A stretch of DNA of 51,179 bases. Origin: Candidatus Saccharimonadota bacterium (GTDB lineage: Bacteria > Patescibacteriota > Saccharimonadia > Saccharimonadales > CAIOMD01). Positions within the stretch are counted from its first letter, which is position 1. Each line of letters opens with the position of its first letter. This document shows, one piece after another, positions 15,539 through 24,473 of the stretch. The notes beneath the pieces are model-generated. The model was not told the DNA's origin, ran no database searches, and was given only the letters and a program-made list of their open reading frames with translations. A program made the translations under genes and the position numbers. The DNA is taken from positions 10,097-61,275 of the forward strand of contig DALYDK010000002.1 in the NCBI GenBank assembly GCA_031973215.1, written 5' to 3'.

Positions 15539-18016
15539 TTACTCTGTGACTTTAGAGTAAGCAAGGTCTTTTTTGGTTGCTTTAACTTTAATAACCATTC
15601 CAGGTTTGTAGATTTCTTGCAATATTCCGTCCGCAATATGATCTTCAATAGTATCTTGTATCAACCTTCTTAGTGGACGTACGCCATTCTTTGGATCATA
15701 ACCCTTTTCAAGCAACCACTCTTTAGCTGAACCAGTAATGGCTAGGCCAATTTTTTTTCTTTGCAGCCTCTCTTGCAGTTCACTTATCTGAACATCGATA
15801 ATGTTTTTGACATTATCTTTTGTAAGCGCCCTAAAGACCACAACTTTATCTATTCTGTTAATTAGTTCAGGTCGCATGTGCCTTCTTAATTGATCAGAAA
15901 CTAATGTCTTATTTTTTTCATGTAACTGATTTAAGTCTTGCTCTTCGGAGCGAGTTGCACTAAATCCGAAATCTGCCTCTTTTTGGAGTAGGTGTGCGCC
16001 AATATTGCTTGTCATAATAATTATTGTGTTTTTAAAACTTACTTTTCTACCTTTGGCATCAGTGAGTTCTCCATCTTCAAGAATCTGAAGCATCATATTA
16101 AACACCTCAGGGTGAGCCTTCTCTATTTCGTCAAACAAAACTAGGCTGTATGGGTGTCTTCTAACTCTGTCGGTTAATTGGCCGCCCTCTTCATATCCTA
16201 TGTAGCCTGCTGGAGCTCCGACTAGCCTAGAAACAGTATGCCTCTCTCCGAATTCACTCATATCAATTTTAATAATTGCGTCTTCACGACCATAAAATTC
16301 TCTGGTTAATACCCTGGCGAGTTCGGTTTTTCCAACGCCGGTTGGCCCCATGAATATAAATGAACCAATAGGTCTTTTGTCGCTGCCTATGCCACTTCTG
16401 TTTCTTCTAATCGCCTTGGCAACTACTGAAACAGCTTCATCTTGACCTATAACAAACCTAGCTATATGCTTTTCAAGCTTAAGCAAATTTTTAGCTTCTT
16501 GCTTAACAATTTTTCGAACTGGCACACCAGTTGCCTGAGCTACAACGGCAGCAATATCGTCACTGGTAAGTGTTAATCTTTTGTGCTGAGCAGTTTTAGC
16601 CTGGAGCTCTTTTAGCTGAGCCTGAGCGGCGCTAATTTTTTGCTTAAATTTAGCTGCCTTTTCGTAATCTTCTTTTTCTACAGCATCGTCTCGCCTAACC
16701 GTAAGAAGTTTGATTTCTTTTAGTAGCGATCTGTATTCGCTTGGGGTTTTACCCTTATCTACTCTAAGAAGCGCAGCTGCTTCGTCTAGGAGGTCAATAG
16801 CTTTATCTGGCATAAATCTGTCCTGCATAAATCTGTCTGCAAAATAAACAGCGTCTTCAAGGACTTCATCGCCAATTACCACGCCATGGAATTGTTCATA
16901 ATTATTTCTGAGGCCTTTAAGTATAGTCAATGTTTCGGCCTTAGTCGTTTCTGGAACTACAACGGGCTGGAAGCGCCTTTCCAGCGCAGCATCTTTTTCG
17001 ATATGCTTATGATACTCATTGGTTGTAGTAGCACCGATAACCTGTATTTTACCTCTTGCTAGTGATGGCTTAAGAATGTTGCCAGCATCTATAGCGCCCT
17101 CGGCTGCGCCGGCGCCGACGAGTAAATGCATTTCGTCGATAAAAACAATAATATTTTTATCTTTCTCAAGTTCGGCCATTACTTTTTTTAGCCTGTCTTC
17201 AAATTCTCCGCGATATTTTGTACCTGCAACCATTGAGGCCAAATCAAGCATCACTATTCTCTTTTCCAGTAAACTATCTGGCACATCTTCGTTAACAATT
17301 TTTTGCGCCAAACCTTCTGCTACTGCCGTTTTTCCAACGCCCGGCTCGCCTATTAAGACGGCGTTATTTTTAGACCTTCTGTTAAGAATAGTAATAACTC
17401 TTTTAATAACATCCTCTCTACCAATAACCGGATCTAGCTTACCGTCGGATGCCAGACTAGTTAAGTCGGTTCCAAAATGCTCTAATGCAGTTTTTGCACC
17501 AGATCGCCTAGTTCTTGTAGCAGTTTTTTTAATGCTTTCATTATCTGAATCGTATTGTTGCTTCTGTAAGAAATTCTCCAGTTCATCTACTAGTCTATCG
17601 TTGTCTACATTCATATCCTTTAATAGCATTGCTGCGCGGCCATTTTTTTGCATTAGTAGACTATATAGTATGTGTTCGGTGCCACATACATCCTGGCTGT
17701 AATCTTGAGCAAAATCCCAGCTCATTTTTAAAGCTAGTTTTGCTGTTTCGCTAAGTCCCTTAGCTCCAATATTAATAGATAGGTTTTTAGGAGTTAAATT
17801 TAGAGCCAGCTGGGCTCTCTGGAAATTAACTCCAGCTTTATTTAAAATTTTATATGCGACTGAAGTTTCCTGAGTTAAAACACCTAAAAGAATATGCTCG
17901 GTGCCAACATATGCCGAGTTCTGAGCCCTTGCAATTTGATCAGCGGTTTTTAAGCTCATTAACGCATTGTCAGTTAAATGATTTAAATATTCTTGAAAGT
18001 CGGGTGAATCTGGCAT
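15539..18016 (-). CDS. clpC: ATP-dependent Clp protease ATPase subunit ClpC
   Basis: Clp-N repeats (GTEHIL twice), GEPGVGKT, UVR-like middle domain, GPTGVGKT, FGF ClpP-docking loop; SD AAGGA. Confidence 0.93.
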   Translation of the reverse strand: MPDSPDFQEYLNHLTDNALMSLKTADQIARAQNSAYVGTEHILLGVLTQETSVAYKILNKAGVNFQRAQLALNLTPKNLSINIGAKGLSETAKLALKMSWDFAQDYSQDVCGTEHILYSLLMQKNGRAAMLLKDMNVDNDRLVDELENFLQKQQYDSDNESIKKTATRTRRSGAKTALEHFGTDLTSLASDGKLDPVIGREDVIKRVITILNRRSKNNAVLIGEPGVGKTAVAEGLAQKIVNEDVPDSLLEKRIVMLDLASMVAGTKYRGEFEDRLKKVMAELEKDKNIIVFIDEMHLLVGAGAAEGAIDAGNILKPSLARGKIQVIGATTTNEYHKHIEKDAALERRFQPVVVPETTKAETLTILKGLRNNYEQFHGVVIGDEVLEDAVYFADRFMQDRFMPDKAIDLLDEAAALLRVDKGKTPSEYRSLLKEIKLLTVRRDDAVEKEDYEKAAKFKQKISAAQAQLKELQAKTAQHKRLTLTSDDIAAVVAQATGVPVRKIVKQEAKNLLKLEKHIARFVIGQDEAVSVVAKAIRRNRSGIGSDKRPIGSFIFMGPTGVGKTELARVLTREFYGREDAIIKIDMSEFGERHTVSRLVGAPAGYIGYEEGGQLTDRVRRHPYSLVLFDEIEKAHPEVFNMMLQILEDGELTDAKGRKVSFKNTIIIMTSNIGAHLLQKEADFGFSATRSEEQDLNQLHEKNKTLVSDQLRRHMRPELINRIDKVVVFRALTKDNVKNIIDVQISELQERLQRKKIGLAITGSAKEWLLEKGYDPKNGVRPLRRLIQDTIEDHIADGILQEIYKPGMVIKVKATKKDLAYSKVTE

Positions 18017-18087
18017 AAATTATTCCTTTCTTGGCATTAACACGGGCGCAAATTCAAATGATGCCAAAATAGTTTATAGTAAGTACC

Positions 18088-18116
18088 ATTATATAAAATT
18101 AGCACTCTTGTTGCAA
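18088..18116 (-). promoter_or_regulatory. Sigma70-type promoter of the clpC operon
   Basis: TTGCAA (18116-18111), 17 nt, TATAAT (18093-18088). Confidence 0.8.
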
Positions 18117-18125
18117 GAGTGCTAA
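18099..18125. promoter_or_regulatory. CIRCE operator (HrcA binding site)
   Basis: Exact consensus TTAGCACTC-N9-GAGTGCTAA overlapping the -35 and spacer of the clpC promoter. Confidence 0.93.
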
Positions 18126-18144
18126 TTGATTGTTTTAAAGAATT

Positions 18145-19317
18145 TTATTCTTGTCCGTGTTCTTCAATAGCCTCTAGTAGGCTACTTTCTAAGTCGGACT
18201 TTTTCTTAAGCTTTGGAGCATTGGCAGCGCCAACAATTTTGGGAGCTTCAACGACCGGCTTGGCCGCATTTTTAGCTTCTTGGTTGCTCTCGATGTCTAT
18301 TTCAAAGCCAGTTAATTTACTAGCCAGGCGGACATTTTGACCACTTTTTCCAATAGCAACTGAAAGCTGCTCTTCGGGAACTATTACTTTTGCTTTTTTA
18401 TTAGCATCGTCTATGACAACTCTAGTAACTTCAGTTGGGCTCAAAGCATTCGTAATATACTTAACATCGTCTTTATCCCAAATGACAATATCTATTTTTT
18501 CTTGATCGCCAATTTCGCTCATTACAGCTTGGACCCTTGTTCCATGACCACCGACAAATGTGCCAACCGGATCAACGCCTTGCACGGTGCTTGAAACGGC
18601 AATTTTAGCCCTAACTCCAGCTTCGCGAGCGATTGCCTTAATTTCTACGGCCCCTGAATCCATTTCTGGTACTTCCGCCCTAAAGAGCATTTCCAAAAAT
18701 TCAGGACAGCCTCTACTAACAACAAGCTGGGCGCCTTTATAGCCCCTTTCAACATCTTTTAGATATACTTTTAGTCTTTGGCCTGGGTAATATCGCTCGC
18801 CCTGGATTTGTTCACTCGAAGGCATAATACCCTGAGCTTTATTTAGTTCGAGCCTTACTAGGCGACCCTCTACTCTTGTAACAGTTCCATTTACTACAGT
18901 GTTAATTTTATCTTCAAATTCAGCCATGACAATTTCTCTCTCAGCTTCACGAAGTCTCTGTAAAATAACCTGTTTGGCCGTTTGGGCTGCAACTCGACCG
19001 AACGAATGAACCTCTTCTGATTCTTCTACTGTTTCGTCAATCTTAACGTCTTTTTGAATTTTTTTGGCATCAGCTAAGCTAATTTCTAAAAATTCATTTT
19101 CTACTTTATCGACAACAGTTTTTGTTACAAAGACCGTAACAGAACCTGTGTTTATATTAATTTGAGATCTTACTTCTTGCTCTCTGTCTCCGTAATCGCG
19201 TCTCCAGGCAGCGGCAAGCGCTTGCTCAACAGCATCCTGAACTACAGACTCGGGCAAATTTTTTTCCTCGGCTATTGCCTTAACAGCCATTACTAGTTGT
19301 TTGGTTTCTAGTTCCAT
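18145..19317 (-). CDS. nusA: Transcription termination/antitermination factor NusA
   Basis: FGRVAAQTAKQVILQRLRE, S1 domain, KH motifs AREAGVRAK and AIGKSGQNVRLA; SD AAGGAG. Confidence 0.97.
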   Translation of the reverse strand: MELETKQLVMAVKAIAEEKNLPESVVQDAVEQALAAAWRRDYGDREQEVRSQININTGSVTVFVTKTVVDKVENEFLEISLADAKKIQKDVKIDETVEESEEVHSFGRVAAQTAKQVILQRLREAEREIVMAEFEDKINTVVNGTVTRVEGRLVRLELNKAQGIMPSSEQIQGERYYPGQRLKVYLKDVERGYKGAQLVVSRGCPEFLEMLFRAEVPEMDSGAVEIKAIAREAGVRAKIAVSSTVQGVDPVGTFVGGHGTRVQAVMSEIGDQEKIDIVIWDKDDVKYITNALSPTEVTRVVIDDANKKAKVIVPEEQLSVAIGKSGQNVRLASKLTGFEIDIESNQEAKNAAKPVVEAPKIVGAANAPKLKKKSDLESSLLEAIEEHGQE

Positions 19318-19331
19318 ATTACTCCTTTATC

Positions 19332-19353
19332 AAAAAACCGACCTTTTGGTCGG
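19332..19353 (-). terminator. Terminator-like attenuator in the nusA 5' leader
   Basis: CCGACC-AAAA-GGTCGG-TTTTTT between extended -10 TGATACAAT (19377-19369) and SD (19327-19322). Confidence 0.7.
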
Positions 19354-19424
19354 AATTGGTACAACTTTATTGTATCATATTATTTGAGTAATAATAAATA
19401 TCTCTAATATCCGAAAGGAACCAA

Positions 19425-21929
19425 ATGAAAGTAAAAAGGCTTTATGATGCCTTTGCTCCAAGCAGCTATAATCTTAACTTAAAAATCAACAAGACTAAGT
19501 TAGTTTTTAGTGGCAAGGTGCGCATTAGTGGAATTGTTAAACAAAAAAATATATCTCTTCATGCGAAAGACTTAACTATAAAAAAAATAGAAGTTAACGG
19601 CACTGACATTTCTTACAAGAATAATATTGACGACGAACTTTGTATTAATAAAAGTTTTTCGGTTGGTGAACAGCTCGACTTAAATATTTCGTTCGAAGGC
19701 AAAATAACAAAACCTATGCACGGAATTTATCCCAGCTTTAACAAAGATGGCTCAACGATTATATCTACTCAATTTGAATCTCATCATGCCAGAGAAGCCT
19801 TTCCCTGCATAGATGAGCCAGAAGCAAAAGCTAGCTTTGACCTAACTATTGAATGCGAAAGCGGAAACGCTGTACTAGGCAACATGCCGGTGGCAGAACA
19901 AACTTCAAAAGGCAATATGTTGATTACAACTTTTGAAACATCACCAGTAATGAGCTCATACCTACTTGCATTTGTGATTGGCGATCTACAAAAAATAAGT
20001 GGCTCAACCAAAAATGGCACCATTGTTTCAATTTGGTCTTCTAAAGATCATCCCAAAAGCAACCTGAAGTTTGCCCTTGAAAGCGCTATAAAGTCTACTG
20101 AATTTTTCAATGACTATTTTCAAACAGATTATCCGCTTCCCAAGTGCGATCATGTTGCGCTGCCGGATTTTTCATCTGGAGCTATGGAAAACTGGGGATT
20201 AATAACCTACCGAGAAGTCTGCTTACTTGTCGACAGCAAAAAAACCTCTACGGCCACAAAAGAATATGTTGCGCTTGTTATTGCTCACGAAATTTCTCAT
20301 CAATGGTTTGGGAACCTGGTCACAATGCGCTGGTGGGATGATTTATGGCTGAATGAAAGTTTTGCTACCTTAATGGAATATTTAGCAGTAGATCACTCTT
20401 ATCCGGAATGGAATATATCTTTATCATTTGCTGCCCACGAAGCACTTGGTGCATTCAGAAGAGACAGCTTGAACGGAGTTCAGCCTGTTAAGTCTGAGGT
20501 TAATCATCCCGATGAAATAAGCACATTGTTTGACCCATCGATTGTCTATGCTAAAGGAGCTAGGTTATTGCTTATGGCCTACCACATAGTAGGCGAGAAA
20601 AGCTTTAGAAAAGGTCTTAAAAACTACTTTGCTAAATATGCTTATAAAAATGCCGAGGGCGATAATTTATGGGATGAGCTTTCGGAAGCTTCTGGCATTG
20701 ACCTAAAAACCATTATGAATACCTGGATTAAAACTCCCGGATTCCCGGTATTAGAAGTTAAATTATCAAAAGATGATAAAGAAATAGTTTTAAGTCAAAA
20801 TAAATATACTTTAGACAACTCAAAATCCAAAGATCTTTGGCCTATACCCCTTTTTGATAGTAAAAATTCTAAAATAATTTTTAACCAAAAAACCAACGAG
20901 TTTGCAGAATTTGATTCTTCGACCCTGTTTAATCAAAAGGGCGGACACTATCTCGTAAAGTACTCAAATTCTAAAACTAAAGATTTAATAAAAGAAAAAA
21001 TAATGAATAATCAACTCAAAGAAACAGAAAAATTATTTTATCTTAATAATCTTAATTTAGAGGCGCGAAACGGCCTAGCAAGTATGGTGGATTTTATGGA
21101 TGTCATAGATGCCTATAAAAACGAGACTGCAGAACCAGTTTGGAGCGTACTTTCAGTAGGCCTATCAGACGCAAAACGCATTATTGAAGGCAATGAAAAA
21201 GCCGAAAAAAAAGAAAAATTATTTGTTTATAGCATCGTCAAAGAACAACTATCGAGGCTTGGATGGACAAAAAAACAAGATGAACCTTCTAATGACACCA
21301 AGCTTAGAGATTTAATTATTGCACTAGCGGTCTACAGCGAACATCCCGATATTGTTGCTAAAATCAAAAAGTTATATCACGATAAAGGCATTAATCAGCC
21401 CGCTGAGCTTAGGGGCTCAATCCTATCGGGTGTTGTGAAACATTCTGGCAAGAAAGTATTTAAAGAGCTTCACGAATTGTATCCTAAGCAAACAAATAGT
21501 GATTTAAAAAACGATATATCATCGGCATTATGCAGCACAAAGAGTCCGGAGCTGGCGGAAATATTATTAAAATCTATAAAAGATAGTTCCTGGGTAAAAC
21601 TTCAAGATGTCGATAAATTTATTGTGCATCTTTTAGCGAATAAATTCACCAGAGCAACCGCCTGGAAATGGCTAACCAATAACTGGGGTTGGATAGAGAA
21701 GAATTTTGCGAGCGACAAGTCCTATGACCACTACCCAAGATATGCAGCAAATTGCTTTAGCAACCAAGAGTGGTATGACCGTTACAAAAAATTCTTCGAG
21801 CCAAAGAAGGATATTGTGTCGCTCCGCAGAAACATTGAACTTGGCGAAAAAGAGATTGAAAATAAAATAAGATGGTCCGAGCGAGACAAAGAAAAAATGA
21901 TTAACTGGCTAACAAGCTTAGTTGTTTAG
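19425..21929 (+). CDS. pepN: M1-family aminopeptidase (PepN/ERAP-like)
   Basis: GAMENWG, HEISH-x18-E (WLNES), ERAP1-like C-terminal region; SD AAGGA. Confidence 0.93.
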   Translation: MKVKRLYDAFAPSSYNLNLKINKTKLVFSGKVRISGIVKQKNISLHAKDLTIKKIEVNGTDISYKNNIDDELCINKSFSVGEQLDLNISFEGKITKPMHGIYPSFNKDGSTIISTQFESHHAREAFPCIDEPEAKASFDLTIECESGNAVLGNMPVAEQTSKGNMLITTFETSPVMSSYLLAFVIGDLQKISGSTKNGTIVSIWSSKDHPKSNLKFALESAIKSTEFFNDYFQTDYPLPKCDHVALPDFSSGAMENWGLITYREVCLLVDSKKTSTATKEYVALVIAHEISHQWFGNLVTMRWWDDLWLNESFATLMEYLAVDHSYPEWNISLSFAAHEALGAFRRDSLNGVQPVKSEVNHPDEISTLFDPSIVYAKGARLLLMAYHIVGEKSFRKGLKNYFAKYAYKNAEGDNLWDELSEASGIDLKTIMNTWIKTPGFPVLEVKLSKDDKEIVLSQNKYTLDNSKSKDLWPIPLFDSKNSKIIFNQKTNEFAEFDSSTLFNQKGGHYLVKYSNSKTKDLIKEKIMNNQLKETEKLFYLNNLNLEARNGLASMVDFMDVIDAYKNETAEPVWSVLSVGLSDAKRIIEGNEKAEKKEKLFVYSIVKEQLSRLGWTKKQDEPSNDTKLRDLIIALAVYSEHPDIVAKIKKLYHDKGINQPAELRGSILSGVVKHSGKKVFKELHELYPKQTNSDLKNDISSALCSTKSPELAEILLKSIKDSSWVKLQDVDKFIVHLLANKFTRATAWKWLTNNWGWIEKNFASDKSYDHYPRYAANCFSNQEWYDRYKKFFEPKKDIVSLRRNIELGEKEIENKIRWSERDKEKMINWLTSLVV

Positions 21930-22282
21930 TTTATTACAATAAAGTCTTCTACTTTTGGGAAATCACCACCCAAACTAATAACCGCTAAATACGCATCTTG
22001 GCTGTGTCCATGGTTAGATATCCAAATTTCCGCTGCAAAAGCCATCTGTTTTTGCTTTGCAAGGTTTACGGCAGCTAGCCCTCCGCCCTGATTATTGTTG
22101 CGTCGGTACTTAACTTCTACAAAGTAAATAATTCTATCTTTCTCTGCGATAATATCAACTTCACAGTATCTAGTCCGCCAATTTCGGTCAATGATTTTGT
22201 ATTTATTTTTTTTCAAATACTTACAGGCCTGATCTTCGGCTATGTCTCCTATGTACTTAGTTGAGTTGATATTTTCAGTCAT
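21926..22282 (-). CDS. YraN family (UPF0102) putative endonuclease
   Basis: G..AE..A..YL, NWR....EVDII, FVEVKYR. Confidence 0.88.
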   Translation of the reverse strand: MTENINSTKYIGDIAEDQACKYLKKNKYKIIDRNWRTRYCEVDIIAEKDRIIYFVEVKYRRNNNQGGGLAAVNLAKQKQMAFAAEIWISNHGHSQDAYLAVISLGGDFPKVEDFIVIN

Positions 22283-22303
22283 TTTCTATAGCATAGTTTA
22301 AAC

Positions 22304-23212
22304 ATGATAAAAGAAAATACAAAGTTCATAATTGCTACAAATTTTCCAGAAGGTTCAGAAAGAATTGAATATTTAGACAAGGAGATTATTGAGCCCATAA
22401 ATCAGGTAACAAATAGCGAAACAGAAATTCTATTCATGCCAACAGCCGCCCTTATGGCCTACTCAACCTACAAGTCTGCGGGTGAAGGTAAAATTCCCAT
22501 TGTTGTTCCGGTGGGTGGCGATGGAACAATTAACTGGCACTTGAATAATGCAGATATTTACCCGCATTCTACAATATATTTACCTCTTGCTAGCGGAACC
22601 GCAAATGACATAGCTACAACTATTCATAGCAACCCAACTAATGTAAGGAAGATTCTAGAAAAAGGCCGGCTAAGACAAGCCCGACCACTAAGAATCCAAA
22701 ATGGCCCCGTGCAAAAAAAGGCACTAGGTTACATAGGTCTAGGCATTACCGGCCAGTGCGCTAAAGAAATCAATAGCAGAAAAAATGTTAAACCAAGCTT
22801 ACTTAAAGATAGCGCAGTATCAATAAAGGGAATTTTGAAAAGTAGACGCTTGAAAGTTAACAATTCCTCGCAGCCAGTTTTAAGCAGCAACCATTTAGAA
22901 ATTGCTGCAGTTAATTCTAGAATGGCCAGTTTTTTATGGCCAAAAAATCCTTCTGTGTTCGAAGACCACTTTTACTTACTTTCTCCAGAAGGATACATAG
23001 GAACAGCCGGCTTAGCTATTAAAGGTCTAAAAAAAAGATTAAAAGGCAAAAAGATTAATCTTGGCGAATCAGTAGAGTTCGAAGTTGAAAATATTGGCAC
23101 AAAAAGACGACCCATTTACGGCCAATGCGACGGAGAAGAATTTTTGCTTGAAGATAGTAAAATTAATATAAGTAAAAACAGCAGTCCTATTAATATATTT
23201 TCATTAACCTAA
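22304..23212 (+). CDS. Diacylglycerol/lipid kinase family protein
   Basis: VGGDGTIN, LPLASGTANDIA, C-terminal QCDGE. Confidence 0.8.
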   Translation: MIKENTKFIIATNFPEGSERIEYLDKEIIEPINQVTNSETEILFMPTAALMAYSTYKSAGEGKIPIVVPVGGDGTINWHLNNADIYPHSTIYLPLASGTANDIATTIHSNPTNVRKILEKGRLRQARPLRIQNGPVQKKALGYIGLGITGQCAKEINSRKNVKPSLLKDSAVSIKGILKSRRLKVNNSSQPVLSSNHLEIAAVNSRMASFLWPKNPSVFEDHFYLLSPEGYIGTAGLAIKGLKKRLKGKKINLGESVEFEVENIGTKRRPIYGQCDGEEFLLEDSKINISKNSSPINIFSLT

Positions 23213-23767
23213 GCCTGATAGCTTTTTGATTGGCTTATAAGAAAAACGGTGAACGCCATTTATGGGACCGTATATTTTTAGAGCCTCTAAATGAGCTTTT
23301 GTACCATAGCCAACATGCTCGTCAAATCCATACCTTTGATACTTTGCAGATAATTTTTTCATATAGTCATCCCTATAAACCTTTGCATATATACTTGCCG
23401 CACTAACCTCGGGGTAAACATTGTCAGCACCAGTCTCGCACCTTGTATTAACTGGGTCAATATCACCCAGGTAATTTATATTTCCATCTACAATAACAGG
23501 TTCTTTAACATTTTTAAGTTGTTGGTATGCTTCTATAAAAGCCCTTTTAACCGCAAGTGATAGCCCAATTTGATCAATTTCTACCGATGAAATTACAGAC
23601 AAGGCTACGTCTGCATTTTCTTCAATTTCTTTGAATAATTTTAGCCTTTTGCCTCGGCTCATTTTTTTTGAATCTTTTAGTCCCTCTATGGGGCTATTTA
23701 GTCTAACTGCTGCAACCACCAACGGACCTGCCCAACAACCTCTACCAACCTCATCAATGCCGATCAT
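23204..23767 (-). CDS. rnhB: Ribonuclease HII
   Basis: GIDEVGRG, DSKK, VDG, SAASIYAKV, GYGT. Confidence 0.95.
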   Translation of the reverse strand: MIGIDEVGRGCWAGPLVVAAVRLNSPIEGLKDSKKMSRGKRLKLFKEIEENADVALSVISSVEIDQIGLSLAVKRAFIEAYQQLKNVKEPVIVDGNINYLGDIDPVNTRCETGADNVYPEVSAASIYAKVYRDDYMKKLSAKYQRYGFDEHVGYGTKAHLEALKIYGPINGVHRFSYKPIKKLSGLG

Positions 23768-23806
23768 ATACTTAAAATTATAAAATAAAATAGAAACAAT
23801 ATTAAA

Positions 23807-23832
23807 AAAATGCAGGCGTATGCCTGCATTTT
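23807..23832 (-). terminator. Intrinsic terminator after rplS
   Basis: aaaatgcaggc-gtat-gcctgcatttt with a T7 tract on the minus strand. Confidence 0.85.
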
Positions 23833-23854
23833 AATTATCAAACTTTGCTGAATT

Positions 23855-24373
23855 TTATTCTTCTTTGCGATCAGCAGTTGCTTGCTCAAATTTCTTTTGT
23901 TCTTCTGCTTCTTTAGCAGCTTTTTCGGCCTCAGCTTTTTGGTGCTCTAGCTCTTTTTTCTTAGCTAATTCTTCTTCGGCCTTCTCTGCCTCTAGGTCTC
24001 TTATTTCATTAACTGCTTTTTTATCGAACTCGAGACCAGTTAGACGAGTCGCCTTTCCAGTTCTTGTACGGATATAAGATAAATAATTACGCCTTACCTT
24101 ACTTCTTTTGGTAACCTCAATTTTTAGAACATTTGGTCCATGAAGTAGAAAACTTTTTTCGACTCCAACGCCGCTAGCGATTCTTCGAACAGTAATTGTA
24201 GAAGTTAAACTATTTTTCTTGCTAGTTCTAATAACCATTCCTTCGAAAATCTGGACTCTTTCTTTATTACCTTCTTTAATTTTTTGGTGCACCTTAACTG
24301 TATCGCCAGTTTTTACTTCAACAACTTGGTGTTTCTTGTATTTATCTTCAATTTTCTGAATTACGCTTTGCAT
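23855..24373 (-). CDS. rplS: 50S ribosomal protein bL19 with long charged C-terminal tail
   Basis: GDTVKVH, EGNKERVQIFEG, GVEKSF, KVRRNYLSYIR; SD GAGGT. Confidence 0.96.
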   Translation of the reverse strand: MQSVIQKIEDKYKKHQVVEVKTGDTVKVHQKIKEGNKERVQIFEGMVIRTSKKNSLTSTITVRRIASGVGVEKSFLLHGPNVLKIEVTKRSKVRRNYLSYIRTRTGKATRLTGLEFDKKAVNEIRDLEAEKAEEELAKKKELEHQKAEAEKAAKEAEEQKKFEQATADRKEE

Positions 24374-24473
24374 GAAACGATTAACCTCACGAGATTTACT
24401 TAAAATTTATATAATCAATCTGAATAAATATACCATATAAAACACAAAATAACAACCGTTTAACGGCATTTTA

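Noticed and set aside
17019-17702. 227-aa plus-strand ORF inside clpC
   Set aside because: Typical antisense frame of a conserved ATPase; same for the shadows in recG, radA, dnaE, gatB, uvrB and rplS
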